Shown piece after piece: positions 63,553-64,000 of a stretch of DNA of 64,000 nt. The stretch's first letter is position 1. Each line of letters begins with the position of its first letter. Made by a program: the position numbers and the translations under genes. Source of the stretch: Amoebidium appalachense (taxonomy: Eukaryota > Protista > Ichthyosporea); the NCBI GenBank assembly GCA_963693365.1, contig CAVNZM010000014.1, positions 7,068,001 to 7,132,000 on the forward strand, written 5' to 3'. The notes below the pieces were generated by a model, which was given only the letters and a program-made list of their open reading frames with translations, ran no database searches and was not told the origin of the DNA.

Positions 63553-64000
63553 ACAGGCTCTCTTTTGCCCTTTCTTCTGCGTTTGGTGGCCGTAGTTGTC
63601 CCCGGGAAAGGAGGAGTGGGGGGGGGGGGACTCTTCTACCTTGTGCAAGGAGGCTATTCCGACTCGTTGGGATCGAGTATTTCGGCTATTAGGCTGAGTG
63701 TTGCTGTTAACAGTTTTAGAATGTGCTGGTGGTGCTGTGACCGCAAGGATTTGTTTTTATAAACTTTTTAATTATCTTTTCAAGGATATGTGTATACCCC
63801 CATGTACCTGATTTTGATATAACACTGAGGGGATATACCGACCAAAACCCCTCCATACCTGAGACTGGTCTCGTTGTGCCTCAAGTAAAACACCATAAAC
63901 CTCCCCATGTGTATTTGTATCCACAAGACTCAAATGAAAGCTGCTATCAGAATATGTGTCTTCCTTGCGTATGCATAAACCTCGAATCAGGATACACGAA

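Overview
Eukaryotic, intron-rich genomic DNA. It is probably a unicellular holozoan/opisthokont; this is an inference from the animal-type phosphomevalonate kinase and the class C GPCR. Most introns are filled with poly(C)/poly(G) and (CA)/(GT) tracts, so nearly all ORFs in the six-frame track are artefacts. Splicing by hand (GT-AG, phase-checked) recovers: a secreted carbohydrate-binding-like gene running off the left edge; a class C (GABA-B-like) GPCR whose ectodomain is a bacterial-type sugar solute-binding protein; PMVK; an ADP/ATP translocase; a 19-exon NRPS-like gene (half-C, A, T, ankyrin repeats; about 1059 aa); and a frameshifted F-box gene. Mobile DNA comprises a 5'-truncated LINE ending in (CA)n, a decayed Ty3/gypsy-like pol fragment, and about 15 copies of an unrecognised short element. 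These copies share one end, are variably truncated at the other, sit in poly(C)/poly(G) tracts, and the longer ones carry a covarying, probably pseudoknotted RNA structure.
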